Sequence record: MF153391.1
Origin: Escherichia phage ST20
Length of the DNA stretch: 44,517 nt
Direction: 5' to 3' (one strand)
How positions within the stretch are numbered: position 1 is the first letter of the stretch; each line of letters begins with the position of its first letter. The translations under genes were made by a program, and so were the position numbers. The notes under the pieces are model-generated. The model was not told the DNA's origin. It saw nothing but the letters and a program-made list of their open reading frames with translations, and searched no databases. This document shows positions 6,727 through 16,276 of this stretch, one piece after another.

Positions 6727-6858
6727 GTGGCCTTCCGGACGCGTCAGCGAAACTACACTCAGGGCTAATGCCCCGCTCCGTTTCCTGCCGTGACACGGTC
6801 GCTTGTTCATACTTCACAAGCTCAGGTGGAGCTTAGCACATTTTTAGTGAAAAGTCAA
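6727..6858 (+). repeat. Structured non-coding element, copy 1 (about 130 bp); possible small RNA ending in a terminator-like hairpin
   Basis: Near-identical to 38987-39120; hairpins GGGC-TAAT-GCCC (6762-6773), CCGTG-A-CACGG (6788-6798), AAGCTC-AGGTG-GAGCTT (6818-6834), then TTTTT at 6841-6845. Confidence 0.6.
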
Positions 6859-6906
6859 TACCTGTAGCATCTTTTGTATCTTAGTAACTTTGTTGTTGCT
6901 TTTTGC

Positions 6907-6935
6907 TTGAAGTACCATTATCTTGGGTACTTCAA
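6907..6935. promoter_or_regulatory. Perfect 10-bp inverted repeat TTGAAGTACC-N9-GGTACTTCAA upstream of the rightward replication genes
   Basis: Direct reading; lies about 20 bp before the SD of the 6954 ORF. Confidence 0.35.
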
Positions 6936-6953
6936 CAACCGAGGAGTATTTAG

Positions 6954-7097
6954 ATGAAGATTTGCCAGATGTGTAGGAAAGAAAAAGAAGAAGGTGCATT
7001 CCTTAAACGATACGACAGAAAAGGCACACGTAGTTATTGCCGTGAATGTTTCAATGCGTACCGCAAACAATTAAGAGAGGCTAAGAAGAATGCATAA
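6954..7097 (+). CDS. Small zinc-ribbon protein (47 aa)
   Basis: Hand translation MKICQMCRKEKEEGAFLKRYDRKGTRSYCRECFNAYRKQLREAKKNA; GAGGAG 8 nt upstream; CxxC...CxxC. Confidence 0.4.
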   Translation: MKICQMCRKEKEEGAFLKRYDRKGTRSYCRECFNAYRKQLREAKKNA

Positions 7098-7539
7098 ATA
7101 CTTAGACGAGTTTCTGAAATCCTTAAATCTGATATTAGCCGAGAACCCCGGAGCATCACTACATGACATTAAATCGGCAATAGAACTCGACGGGCCGATT
7201 AGCGCGACGGTTACCTTATTGGGTTATTTAGGAGAAGTAGACCGTGTTTATGATGGGAGTAAATATCGGTATTGGGTTAAAGGTGGAAAACCTTTTGATG
7301 TTATATCGGTTCCTTTGCCTGAGAAAGGCAGGCTCACGGAGCTACAAAAACTGGTTTATGGGAAGTGTCTTGAACAGCAAGGACAACGTTTTACGCCTAG
7401 TGCGGTATATGCCCTGGTAAAAGATGACGTCACTAACCTTGGCGCTGTCTGTACCGCCATGCGTGGACTTTGTAAAAAAGGTTTGTTGATTAAAGTGCTG
7501 GACGGCGTGTATGCTCTTGCAGTACCAAACGCCGAATAA
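7090..7539 (+). CDS. Hypothetical protein at the head of the replication block
   Basis: ORF track; start overlaps the end of the upstream small ORF. Confidence 0.55.
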   Translation: MHKYLDEFLKSLNLILAENPGASLHDIKSAIELDGPISATVTLLGYLGEVDRVYDGSKYRYWVKGGKPFDVISVPLPEKGRLTELQKLVYGKCLEQQGQRFTPSAVYALVKDDVTNLGAVCTAMRGLCKKGLLIKVLDGVYALAVPNAE

Positions 7540-7596
7540 AAGAAAGCCCCAGCGTTAGAGCGCCGAGGCCAAATTACTTGCTGAAGGAATTATAAT

Positions 7597-9837
7597 ATGT
7601 CCGATGTAATTTTATCCTACTCGTGGTCACGTCGCAACGCGCTGGCTGAGAAAAAGGATATAAACGTCAGAACCACACACACGGCAACACTGGACGATCT
7701 GAAAGAGTTAATCCAGCCGCTTGATGTTGTTCGTGACGGGGTCAACCCGAAGACCGCGCCTGGCTATATCACAGCCGCGTGCGACTCTACTCACAGCGCC
7801 ATAAAAGACCCTGAAACCGGCGACTTTAAGCAAGCGCGTAAAGGCTTCTTCTATCGCTGTGACGCGTCTGTAAACAAATCGTCGCTGGCGTATCTGGACT
7901 TCGACAGCGCAACACCGGAGGAGTATCAGGAAGCTGTGCGCCTGGTTAAGCGCAGCCGCGTGGCGATGTGCCTCTATACCACGGCGTCCCATACTGAGGA
8001 GTCACCGCGCTTTCGCGTCGTCATGCCGCTGGTCCGCCCGGTTGAGGGGGGTGACATCATCCGTGTTCGTCATGGGTTGCTGGAACACTTCTTTAAAGGC
8101 ATGGGTGCCGACCGCAGCGGGTTTACCCTGTCCCAGCCGATGTACCTGCCGCCGGTCGGCTCTACCGTTATCTGGTCTCGCCGCAACGACCTGATTGACC
8201 CTGACGAGTTACTGGAAGGCATACCGGATTACGAGGTTAGCAGCGCATCGGATTACCAGATACCGGAAGAACTGCGCACCGCGTTTACCGACGCGTTCGA
8301 AGCACTGGCGTTCGAGTACGGCGGTATCATGACGCCGCGCGGCCTGAAGATGCCAGCTACACCGGAACATGCAGAAAACTACAGCGACCCGACACCGCGC
8401 CCGGACGACTTCCTGCTGTGCTTCCCGCGCGAGGGATATGAAGCGCCGAACGTAACCATGATTCACGACACCGACATTACGGCAACCGAAGGCATGTCGC
8501 CGAAAGAGGTGTGGAAGTATGCGTGTGATGCGACCGGGCTGCCGTTCAGTGAAGTCGCCGAGGCTATCGGATGGGGTGCGCGTGAATCTGTTTCATGCAG
8601 CCTCGACGACCTGGAAGACGATGACGGTTCAGAGGAGGACGAGCTACCGGAGCCGGTAAAGGCTGATTTTGTCGTCGAAGGGTACATGCCGTCGGATTGT
8701 ATCTGGGATATCGTCGGGGAATCTGGCACGTACAAATCGTTCTATACGCTGGGGATGATGTACCTAAGCGCTGCCGGATACCGATTTGCGGGGGCAGATA
8801 CCCAGCGTTGCCACCATTTCTATATCGATGGTGAGGGTGGCGCAGCCACACGTACACGTATTGATGCGCTCGCGGCTAAATACGGTGTAGAAGGTAAAGA
8901 TTATGTACACGTCATCGATATGGGCGAAGTCGGCAAACTGAAGAGCCTGATTAAGCTAATGCGCGAAACCGCGGGTGATGAACCAATCGGCATCGTCGCG
9001 TTCGACACCCTTAACCAGACCCTGGCACTGACGATTGATAAGTTCGACGAGAACAGTTCATCCACGGCAATCGGTATGGGTAAAGTTATCGCCATCCTGA
9101 AAGAAGTGCGTGACGCAACTAAAGCCGCGGTAGGCGTTGTCCACCATACGCCGAAAGGCGGAAAGAAAGCCCGCGGTAGTGGGGCGCTGTATGCGGGTGT
9201 CGACGTGGAGCTAACAATTGAGCGTGCTACCGACCGCCGGATAAACGTATATCACTCTAAATTTAAGCACGGGCCTCAGCAGAAGACGGTTGGCATGGTG
9301 CTGGAGTCGGTACAGTTCCGTGAAGCGCCACCGCCGAAAGAGTACCGTGCGGTTGAGTTCCTGTGTAACACAGAGGAATACGGCACAATCGTAAACCTCG
9401 ACCTGCCAGAACCACATAAGGCACTTGTGCTAATGCCGTGGGGCTTCGAGCCGTTCAAGACTGACGAGGAGAAGGAGCGGGAAGAAGGGCTGACGAAAGA
9501 AGGTAAAGAAAACGTAAAGAACGCTGTAAAACGTGGAAAGGATGAAGGGCGTAAGGAATCAATACTCGCCGCGCTGGAAGACCTGCAACAGTCAGACGAC
9601 ACCGGACGAGGTTTTACACAACGGCAGATAGTGGCGAATTCGGGCGACCACGCCATCACCAACCATCATCTCGAGAAGATGCTGAAAGACGGTGAGTTGA
9701 TGTTAGGGTGCGATGTTAACGGCGAAGTTATCCCCGGCACATACCGTATACCGGAAAAGATGGGTGACAGATTAAGACCAAAGACAATATACGAACCGAA
9801 TGAAATGCTGACAGTGACAGAGGAGGATTTGGAATGA
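7597..9837 (+). CDS. DNA primase-helicase fusion (AEP/PrimPol-like N-terminus, RecA-like ATPase C-terminus)
   Basis: ORF track 746 aa; LDFD and SH..RFRVV primase-like motifs; Walker A GESGTYKS and Walker B IVAFD. Confidence 0.65.
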   Translation: MSDVILSYSWSRRNALAEKKDINVRTTHTATLDDLKELIQPLDVVRDGVNPKTAPGYITAACDSTHSAIKDPETGDFKQARKGFFYRCDASVNKSSLAYLDFDSATPEEYQEAVRLVKRSRVAMCLYTTASHTEESPRFRVVMPLVRPVEGGDIIRVRHGLLEHFFKGMGADRSGFTLSQPMYLPPVGSTVIWSRRNDLIDPDELLEGIPDYEVSSASDYQIPEELRTAFTDAFEALAFEYGGIMTPRGLKMPATPEHAENYSDPTPRPDDFLLCFPREGYEAPNVTMIHDTDITATEGMSPKEVWKYACDATGLPFSEVAEAIGWGARESVSCSLDDLEDDDGSEEDELPEPVKADFVVEGYMPSDCIWDIVGESGTYKSFYTLGMMYLSAAGYRFAGADTQRCHHFYIDGEGGAATRTRIDALAAKYGVEGKDYVHVIDMGEVGKLKSLIKLMRETAGDEPIGIVAFDTLNQTLALTIDKFDENSSSTAIGMGKVIAILKEVRDATKAAVGVVHHTPKGGKKARGSGALYAGVDVELTIERATDRRINVYHSKFKHGPQQKTVGMVLESVQFREAPPPKEYRAVEFLCNTEEYGTIVNLDLPEPHKALVLMPWGFEPFKTDEEKEREEGLTKEGKENVKNAVKRGKDEGRKESILAALEDLQQSDDTGRGFTQRQIVANSGDHAITNHHLEKMLKDGELMLGCDVNGEVIPGTYRIPEKMGDRLRPKTIYEPNEMLTVTEEDLE

Positions 9838-10130
9838 ATATTTACGATTTTATAGACAACCCGTTTAAAGCAGTGAGGGCAGGATACCGCCCGTCGTACC
9901 TGACATGTGTTTCCGCTGTAAGCAACAACTGGTGGACTTTTTGTGTGTATGCAGCGGGGATTTTTGCGGAGTTTAAAGACATTTTAGACATGACACTGGC
10001 AGAGATTATAAAGTGCCTTTTCAAATTAACTATCTCGATAGCTATTGTTATAAGTTTTCCGGTAAGTGCGTGGTTTCTGGCCTGGATTCAGTACCTGAAC
10101 GTGCAACACACGATTAAGAATTTGGAATAA
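9834..10130 (+). CDS. Hypothetical membrane protein
   Basis: ORF track; ATGA overlap with the primase-helicase stop; hydrophobic segments. Confidence 0.5.
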   Translation: MNIYDFIDNPFKAVRAGYRPSYLTCVSAVSNNWWTFCVYAAGIFAEFKDILDMTLAEIIKCLFKLTISIAIVISFPVSAWFLAWIQYLNVQHTIKNLE

Positions 10131-10153
10131 CTCAACAAGTTGCAATAAAAAGA

Positions 10154-10172
10154 AAGGGGCGTTAAGCCCCTT
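10154..10172 (-). terminator. Terminator hairpin for the XRE regulator gene
   Basis: Stem AAGGGGC/GCCCCTT with loop GTTAA, followed on the minus strand by TCTTTTTATT. Confidence 0.5.
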
Positions 10173-10377
10173 CACCAAACGCCAGCCACTTAGCGTCTAC
10201 TTGCAGCACTTCCGCCAGTTTAAACAGCGTCGCCGGGCGGACGTCCTGAGTTACCCCGAGTGCCAGCTGGTTAATCGCGCCCTGGGAAACACCAGCCAGG
10301 ACCGCCAGACGGCGCTGGGAGATGCCGAGTTCTTTGCGGCGTTGTTCTACGCGAATGCCTAGTTCAGATGGTTGCAT
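10162..10377 (-). CDS. XRE-family (Cro/CI-type) helix-turn-helix transcriptional regulator
   Basis: ORF track 71 aa; ISQRRLAVLAGVSQGAINQL HTH-like segment; AAGGAG upstream; transcribed divergently from the rightward promoter at 10442. Confidence 0.7.
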   Translation of the reverse strand: MQPSELGIRVEQRRKELGISQRRLAVLAGVSQGAINQLALGVTQDVRPATLFKLAEVLQVDAKWLAFGEGA

Positions 10378-10403
10378 GTCAATTACTCCTTAGTCAGTTG
10401 ATA

Positions 10404-10440
10404 TGTGAATAGTACCATATTAATTATTTTAGAAAAGCCC
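10404..10440 (-). promoter_or_regulatory. Putative promoter of the XRE regulator gene (shares the TACTATTCA element, weak -35)
   Basis: Reverse complement contains TACTATTCACA as in the TTGCAC-type promoters; partial inverted repeat GAATAG-TACC-ATATTA. Confidence 0.3.
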
Positions 10441-10441
10441 A

Positions 10442-10471
10442 TTGACAACATGAATAGTTAGCTATTATAGT
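10442..10471 (+). promoter_or_regulatory. Rightward promoter TTGACA-(17/18)-TATAGT with inverted repeat AATAG-TTAG-CTATT
   Basis: 22-bp core TGAATAGTTAGCTATTATAGTT identical to 13153-13174. Confidence 0.55.
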
Positions 10472-10504
10472 TAGCCCATACCAAACGAGAGGAGAGAGAA
10501 ACAA

Positions 10505-10762
10505 ATGCAGTTAATTGACTTGCTGCTTAAAGAGCTACCTAAGTATGGTGGTTGGCCCGCGGGAGCTACGGAATGTATTCGGTTTGTAGATGAGGCGACG
10601 ATTGACTTCTACGACTCTACCGGAAATTGGCCGTACGATTGTGCAGAGATATATGGCGAGATAGCATCAGGTCTGGTACGCAAGTCGCGCAGACCTCTTG
10701 AAGGTGAAGTAGTTTACTACGAAGACTATAAAAATGCGTTAAATAAACAGGAGAACAAATAA
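10505..10762 (+). CDS. Hypothetical protein
   Basis: ORF track; GAGAGGAGAGAGA upstream of the ATG. Confidence 0.5.
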   Translation: MQLIDLLLKELPKYGGWPAGATECIRFVDEATIDFYDSTGNWPYDCAEIYGEIASGLVRKSRRPLEGEVVYYEDYKNALNKQENK

Positions 10763-11277
10763 TGTTAGAACAATTCTTAAAATTACTGGAACGTTTCGTA
10801 GTTGCCCATGAACTGATTGCTGCGAATAGCGCAAAACGACCGGTGCCGCTGACTGAGCGTGTGGGTGAAATGCTTGTAGACGTGTCGGTTACGGGAGAGG
10901 TACTTGAAGTCGACACAGGTACTGGCGTCGGGAAAGAAATCCCGGTCGAAGGTGAAGACATCATCGACACTAAACCTGCAGAAGAAGAAGAAGAGAAGCC
11001 GAAACGCAAGCCGCGTAAAGCTAAAGTAGAGGAACCTGCGCCCGCCCAGGAAGAAGAGAAAGAAGAAGTCGATTATAAGTCTCTTCGTGACCAGATTCAG
11101 GCTATCGATGATGCGATTAACGAAGGTACGAGCGATGCCGCGTGCGACGATTCCGATGAACTGCTGGAAGAGTTCACCGGTAAGAAGATGAAGATTGCCG
11201 CGATTAAAGACGAAGACCTGGTGGAATACCTGGAACGCCTGACGGCAATCAAGAACAAGTATTTCGAAGAAGAATAA
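10762..11277 (+). CDS. Hypothetical acidic protein with Glu/Lys-rich linker
   Basis: ORF track; start overlaps the upstream stop. Confidence 0.5.
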   Translation: MLEQFLKLLERFVVAHELIAANSAKRPVPLTERVGEMLVDVSVTGEVLEVDTGTGVGKEIPVEGEDIIDTKPAEEEEEKPKRKPRKAKVEEPAPAQEEEKEEVDYKSLRDQIQAIDDAINEGTSDAACDDSDELLEEFTGKKMKIAAIKDEDLVEYLERLTAIKNKYFEEE

Positions 11278-11299
11278 CTACTTAACCGAGGGTAAAGAG

Positions 11300-11551
11300 A
11301 TGAGCTTAGATATCAGCATTAAATGTGAAAACTTAGAGGTTTCTACTGTACGTGGTGAACTATACGTAGACCTTAAAAACGCAGAATTAGCCGAAAACGT
11401 CCCAGTAGAAGATATAGTCGAAGAGTACGGCGCAGACGTGGTGTTGGACGCAATCGGTGGTTTTGAAGACTGGCTGGGCATCACTAACGTTAAATTAAGT
11501 GAGGTAGCGGAGTTCCTGGAATCCAACGGTTATTACGTAGAAAAGAACTAA
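11300..11551 (+). CDS. Hypothetical acidic protein
   Basis: ORF track; GAGGGTAAAGAG upstream. Confidence 0.5.
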   Translation: MSLDISIKCENLEVSTVRGELYVDLKNAELAENVPVEDIVEEYGADVVLDAIGGFEDWLGITNVKLSEVAEFLESNGYYVEKN

Positions 11552-11559
11552 ATTTACAG

Positions 11560-11578
11560 GCGGCCTTTGGGCCGCTTT
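11560..11578 (+). terminator. Weak terminator-like hairpin
   Basis: Stem GCGGCC/GGCCGC with loop TTTG, followed by TTT. Confidence 0.3.
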
Positions 11579-11596
11579 AACTGAGGGGTAGGAATT

Positions 11597-11869
11597 ATGA
11601 TTTACCAACTCTACCGCGCCGTAGACAGGCGGGATAACACAGAGGCGTTGTGGTTGTTGCGTGCGCCGTCCGGTGCGCACCAGATGGGGGAGATGGCGTA
11701 CTTAGGCAAAGTACCGCGGCCTAAAGATATAGGCCGCCACTTGTCGCAGATTAAGCGCACGACTTTCGCCAAACCTGACTTTTATGTCTTCGAGTCTATG
11801 TATGGGTGGGCCATGCACTGTGACCATAAGACACGACATTTAATTGACCAGTGGGAGAACATGGTATGA
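11597..11869 (+). CDS. Hypothetical protein
   Basis: ORF track; GAGGGGTAGG upstream. Confidence 0.5.
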   Translation: MIYQLYRAVDRRDNTEALWLLRAPSGAHQMGEMAYLGKVPRPKDIGRHLSQIKRTTFAKPDFYVFESMYGWAMHCDHKTRHLIDQWENMV

Positions 11870-13140
11870 TTTTAAAGGAACGCGGCGGCAATAACGATGT
11901 GCACGCCTTACTGTCACCGTCAGGTGCTAAAAAGTGGCTTAGCTGCGCCGCATCACTGGCCTGTGAAAAAGATATTCCTAACACGTCCGGTAAATCAGCC
12001 GTTACAGGAACCGCGTGCCACACTATAGCTGAAGTCCATCTAAACCAGTACATCAAAGGCACTGCGTTGCCGTTAGAGCGTGAAGTTGGTGCTTATGTGC
12101 TGGACGAGGGTAAAGGCCAGATTAAGGCACTAATCCGCCCGATGAAAGGCGCGGTACTGATTACGTCGGACATGATTGAGCAGGTGCGCAAGTACACCGA
12201 CTACTGCAAAGCAATTATAGACGTAGCGACTTACGCCAAGCTGGAAATGCGGGTAAATCTTACTCAGGTATTGCACCCAGGGTACAAAGTACCAGCTGAG
12301 GGTGAAGCGGACGAAGAAGATGATTTAGAGACGTTCGGAACCGCCGACCTTGTTGCCGTGTTGGAGAAAGCAAATACAGACGAATTTATACTTAATATCA
12401 CAGACCTGAAAACCGGACGACATCGTGTCGAAGCGAAAGAAAACAAACAGCTTATGCTTTACGCTCTCGGTGTTTATCGCCGCCTCAAGAGACGTTATAA
12501 CATCACAGTTGTTCGTCTGGTAATCTTCCAGCCTTACGCTGGTGGTGCGTCGGAGTGGGACATCTCGGTCGAAGGTCTGGAACTGTTCGCTAAGTTTGCG
12601 CAGAAACGTGCACTGTTAGCCCTCGACGCGTATTTCCGTGGCAAGAAGAACCTGAAAGCGTCGGATTTCAGGCCGTCGGTAGATGGATGCCAGTGGTGCC
12701 GGTTCTCTGAACAATGCGCCGCGCGTACAAAAACCGTTAACGCGGTACTGGCGGAAGAACTTGAAGACGACTTTGCGCTGGAGCTTACGCCGGAGCAACT
12801 CGTAGCTGAGTATGAGAAGTTGCCGTTGTTGCGCCAGCACATCGACAAGGTTGAAAAAGCTATGGCTGCCGCGTTGCATTCCGGTAAGAAAGTGCCGGGG
12901 TACAAACTGGTTGAAGGTCGCGCGGGTAATCGTGCGTGGAAAGATGCAGAGAAAGTAGCAGAACTCTACGGCGACAAGCTGACTAAAGAAGTGCTCATGA
13001 CGCCGACCGAAGCTGTTAAAGTCATACCGGAAGAAGAACTGAAAGACTTCATCACCCGTAAGCCAGGCGCGCCATGCGTCGCAACGGCAGACGACAAACG
13101 TCCTGAGTGGAATCGGGTTAGTGAAGAAGATTTAGAATAA
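11866..13140 (+). CDS. Cas4/RecB-like PD-(D/E)XK nuclease with Cys cluster
   Basis: ORF track 11851..13140, ATG at 11866; D...DLK...QLMLYA nuclease-like motifs; N-terminal Cys plus C-terminal CQWCRFSEQC. Confidence 0.55.
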   Translation: MILKERGGNNDVHALLSPSGAKKWLSCAASLACEKDIPNTSGKSAVTGTACHTIAEVHLNQYIKGTALPLEREVGAYVLDEGKGQIKALIRPMKGAVLITSDMIEQVRKYTDYCKAIIDVATYAKLEMRVNLTQVLHPGYKVPAEGEADEEDDLETFGTADLVAVLEKANTDEFILNITDLKTGRHRVEAKENKQLMLYALGVYRRLKRRYNITVVRLVIFQPYAGGASEWDISVEGLELFAKFAQKRALLALDAYFRGKKNLKASDFRPSVDGCQWCRFSEQCAARTKTVNAVLAEELEDDFALELTPEQLVAEYEKLPLLRQHIDKVEKAMAAALHSGKKVPGYKLVEGRAGNRAWKDAEKVAELYGDKLTKEVLMTPTEAVKVIPEEELKDFITRKPGAPCVATADDKRPEWNRVSEEDLE

Positions 13141-13144
13141 AGTG

Positions 13145-13173
13145 TTGACACCTGAATAGTTAGCTATTATAGT
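13145..13173 (+). promoter_or_regulatory. Rightward promoter TTGACA-17-TATAGT with inverted repeat AATAG-TTAG-CTATT
   Basis: Direct reading; same core as 10442-10471. Confidence 0.55.
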
Positions 13174-13228
13174 TCTAATCACTGGCCGGGCAGTTCCCGG
13201 AGTAAACTGAAAACTGAGGAATCGAGAT

Positions 13229-13855
13229 ATGGGACTGAAATTAAATCTGCGTAAAGTAAACACTGCATGGGTTAACGTATTCGAACGCGAAAAAGACCGT
13301 GAAAACGACGATGGCTCAATCACTAAAGGACAGTACAGCGCAACTATTATCCTGCCGTCTGACCATGCTCAAATCGATGCGCTCTACGACACCGTTTACG
13401 CTGTAGTCGAAGAAGCATTAGGGGCCGCCGCTGCCGAGAAGTGGATGAAGTCCAACTACGGCGAAGGTAAGCACATGGATAAATGTGCGATTAAAGACAT
13501 TGCCGAGCGCGACAATCCGTTTGAGGACTTCCCGGAAGGCTTCTACTTCAAAGCGAAGGCACAGAAACAGCCGCTGATTGTGACCTCTAAAAAAGGTGAG
13601 ACTCAGGTAGAGCAGGACTTCAATGTAGACGGCGAACAGATTGAAGGTGAGCAGGTTTACAGCGGCTGCGTCGCTAACGTAAGCGTTGAAATCTGGTTCA
13701 GCCAGAAATACAAAGTCCTCGGCGTTAACCTGCTGGCGATTAAATACGTCGGCGAAGGTAAAGCGTTCGGCGGTTCTAAAGTCGCCGCAAGCGTCAATGA
13801 CCTGGAAGATGACGAAGAAGATGAAGCACCGCGCCGCGAACGTCGTCGCCGCTAA
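13229..13855 (+). CDS. Putative single-stranded DNA-binding protein with acidic C-terminal tail
   Basis: ORF track 208 aa; C-terminal DLEDDEEDE; sits between the nuclease and the DNA polymerase. Confidence 0.45.
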   Translation: MGLKLNLRKVNTAWVNVFEREKDRENDDGSITKGQYSATIILPSDHAQIDALYDTVYAVVEEALGAAAAEKWMKSNYGEGKHMDKCAIKDIAERDNPFEDFPEGFYFKAKAQKQPLIVTSKKGETQVEQDFNVDGEQIEGEQVYSGCVANVSVEIWFSQKYKVLGVNLLAIKYVGEGKAFGGSKVAASVNDLEDDEEDEAPRRERRRR

Positions 13856-13874
13856 TATCTGAATCAATTTAACT

Positions 13875-13897
13875 AAGGCCCTTCATTGGGCCTTTTT
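13875..13897 (+). terminator. Intrinsic terminator
   Basis: Stem AAGGCCC/GGGCCTT with loop TTCATT, followed by TTTTT. Confidence 0.6.
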
Positions 13898-13914
13898 ACT
13901 AAGGGTCAAAAATA

Positions 13915-16155
13915 ATGAGTTACCTGTTCTTAGACTTTGAGACATTCTCCGAAGCCGATTTAAAGAAAGTCGGCTCCTACGCTTACGCCGAACACCCGTC
14001 AACCGAAGTGCTTATCTGTACCTATGCTTTTGATGACAAGCCTGTACAGGTATGGGACTGCACAGACGGCAGCGACATGCCGGGCGATTTGCACCGCGCG
14101 CTACGCCGCCTGGTTAAGCCAAACAGTCGCATCAAGATGGTGTGGCACAACGGTGGACTTTTCGATAGGCTCATCATGAAACACTGCTGGGGCTTCGATA
14201 TACCGGTAAGCAACACTATCGATACGATGATTTGGGCGTTTCGTCACGCTCTGCCGGGTTCACTTGATGCGCTGTGCGAAGTGCTGGGCGTATCTGCGGA
14301 CAATGCGAAAGACAAACGCGGCAAGGCGCTGATTAAGCGTTTTTCTAAACCTACGCCAAAGACCTACAAAATCCGCCGCTACACTGCAGAAACACACCCG
14401 GACGAGTGGGCGCTGTTCATCAAGTACGCCGTGAGTGACATTACTGCGATGCGTGAAGTCTTCCACAAGCTGCCGCGTTGGGGTAACTCTGAGTTTGAGG
14501 ACCGGGTGCTGGAACTGGACCAGTTAATCAACGACCGCGGGTTTAAGGTTGACGTCGCACTGGCGGAAGCCGCGATTGAAGCCGTGGAGAAGCACAAAGC
14601 GCAGTTGCAGGAAGAAGCCCAACGCAAATACGGCGGCTCGCTTACTGGTAAGGACTTTCTGCCGATTCTGCGTGAACTTGCACCTGCGCACCGGATTCAC
14701 AACGCACAGAAGTCAACGCTTAACGACCTGCTGGCGGACGATGATTTACCTGACGACGCCCGCACGATTATAGAGATGCGACTCGGGGCAGCGTCTACCG
14801 CGTCAACGAAATATAACCCGCTGCTGTTGGGCCGCTCGTCGGACGACCGCCGTCGTGGTTGCATCCAGTATGGTGGGGCAAAGCGTACGTTACGGTTTGC
14901 GGGTAAAGGCTTCCAGCCGCAGAACCTTGCACGCGGGTACTATCACGACGACCCGAAGAATGAAAAGAAGAAAGTACGTTATGACTGGATGTCAGAGAAG
15001 GACTGGTGGAGAGTAACCCACCCATTGTCCTACGGAATCGACCTGTTGTTAAAAGGCCGGGCACACCGCCGTTTTGACGTAGCCAAGCTGACGGCATCGA
15101 CGGTTCGTAGCTGCATCATACCGGAAGCTGGGCATAAGTTTGTCGTTGCCGACTACTCTAACGTTGAGGGTCGTGGGCTTGCGTGGCTGGCGGGTGAAGA
15201 AGATTTAATAGAAGTATTTGTAAACGGGGTTGATGTGTATAAGAAACTCGCGTCAACGGTGTTCAACGTTGCTTATGAGGATGTAACAAAGGACCAAAGA
15301 CAAATAGCCAAAGCAATGGTTCTGGGCCTCGGCTACGCGGGGGGTGTCGGTGCTTTCGTCACGTTTGCTAAAAACTTAGGTCTTGATTTGAACGATATGA
15401 CCCGCACTTTAGACGGGACATTCCCTGACCACATCTGGGCCGCTACCGCACGCGGATATGAGTGGGCACGCATTCAGGAAGCCAAGAGACCGCCGCGCCC
15501 CGGCGAAAAGGATGACCGACCGTCGTATATTCTGGATAAGAAAGTGTGGCGTACCTGTGACGCTTTAAAGCGCATGTACCGAGAAGCTAATCCTGCGATA
15601 GTCCAATTCTGGCGTGATATTGAAGACGCAGCTATGGCGGCTATCCGCAATCCGGGCAAAGAGTTCACCGCAGGGCCGCGAGGCGTCAAGTTTTCGCGTA
15701 ACGTAGAAACAGACAACAACGGCAACAAAGTCGCCGGTTGGTGGTTGCGCATGACGTTGCCGTCGGGCCGCGTTATGTCTTATCCGGGCGTCGGGTTAAG
15801 CGTATCGAAAGAGACAGACGAAGACGGAAAGGTGTCTACTAACGTGCGCATCAAGTACCAGGGGGAGAATCAGTTAACCCGTCAGTGGGGATTCCAGTAC
15901 ACATATTCCGGTAAACTGGTGGAAAACTGCACTCAGGCGTTGTGCCGTGATTTGCTGGCTAATGCCCTGCTGAACGTAGAAGCCAACGGCTACCCGATTG
16001 TGCTTCATGTTCACGATGAGATTATCTGTGAGACACCAGATTTACCGGAATACAATGTTGCAGAGCTTGAGCGGTTGATGTGTGCGTTGCCGGAGTGGGC
16101 GGAGGGGTTCCCTCTTGTGGCGGAAGGTCAGGAGTTAAAACGTTATGCTAAGTAA
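13915..16155 (+). CDS. Family A DNA polymerase with 3'-5' exonuclease domain
   Basis: ORF track 746 aa; exonuclease motifs FLDFETFS, HNGGLFD, YAVSDI; polymerase motifs DYSNVEGR, RQIAKAMVLGLGYAGG, HVHDEI. Confidence 0.85.
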   Translation: MSYLFLDFETFSEADLKKVGSYAYAEHPSTEVLICTYAFDDKPVQVWDCTDGSDMPGDLHRALRRLVKPNSRIKMVWHNGGLFDRLIMKHCWGFDIPVSNTIDTMIWAFRHALPGSLDALCEVLGVSADNAKDKRGKALIKRFSKPTPKTYKIRRYTAETHPDEWALFIKYAVSDITAMREVFHKLPRWGNSEFEDRVLELDQLINDRGFKVDVALAEAAIEAVEKHKAQLQEEAQRKYGGSLTGKDFLPILRELAPAHRIHNAQKSTLNDLLADDDLPDDARTIIEMRLGAASTASTKYNPLLLGRSSDDRRRGCIQYGGAKRTLRFAGKGFQPQNLARGYYHDDPKNEKKKVRYDWMSEKDWWRVTHPLSYGIDLLLKGRAHRRFDVAKLTASTVRSCIIPEAGHKFVVADYSNVEGRGLAWLAGEEDLIEVFVNGVDVYKKLASTVFNVAYEDVTKDQRQIAKAMVLGLGYAGGVGAFVTFAKNLGLDLNDMTRTLDGTFPDHIWAATARGYEWARIQEAKRPPRPGEKDDRPSYILDKKVWRTCDALKRMYREANPAIVQFWRDIEDAAMAAIRNPGKEFTAGPRGVKFSRNVETDNNGNKVAGWWLRMTLPSGRVMSYPGVGLSVSKETDEDGKVSTNVRIKYQGENQLTRQWGFQYTYSGKLVENCTQALCRDLLANALLNVEANGYPIVLHVHDEIICETPDLPEYNVAELERLMCALPEWAEGFPLVAEGQELKRYAK

Positions 16156-16276
16156 ACTGATAATCACGGTACTGGCGGGATTCGCCGCCGGTGTCTACTG
16201 TCACGAGGGTCAATACGGCATGATGGTTGCTATATTGGGTATGTTCATCGCAATTTATCTGTGGGTGCTGGAATGA
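16145..16276 (+). CDS. Hypothetical 43-aa membrane protein
   Basis: Hand translation MLSKLIITVLAGFAAGVYCHEGQYGMMVAILGMFIAIYLWVLE; overlaps the polymerase stop. Confidence 0.3.
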   Translation: MLSKLIITVLAGFAAGVYCHEGQYGMMVAILGMFIAIYLWVLE

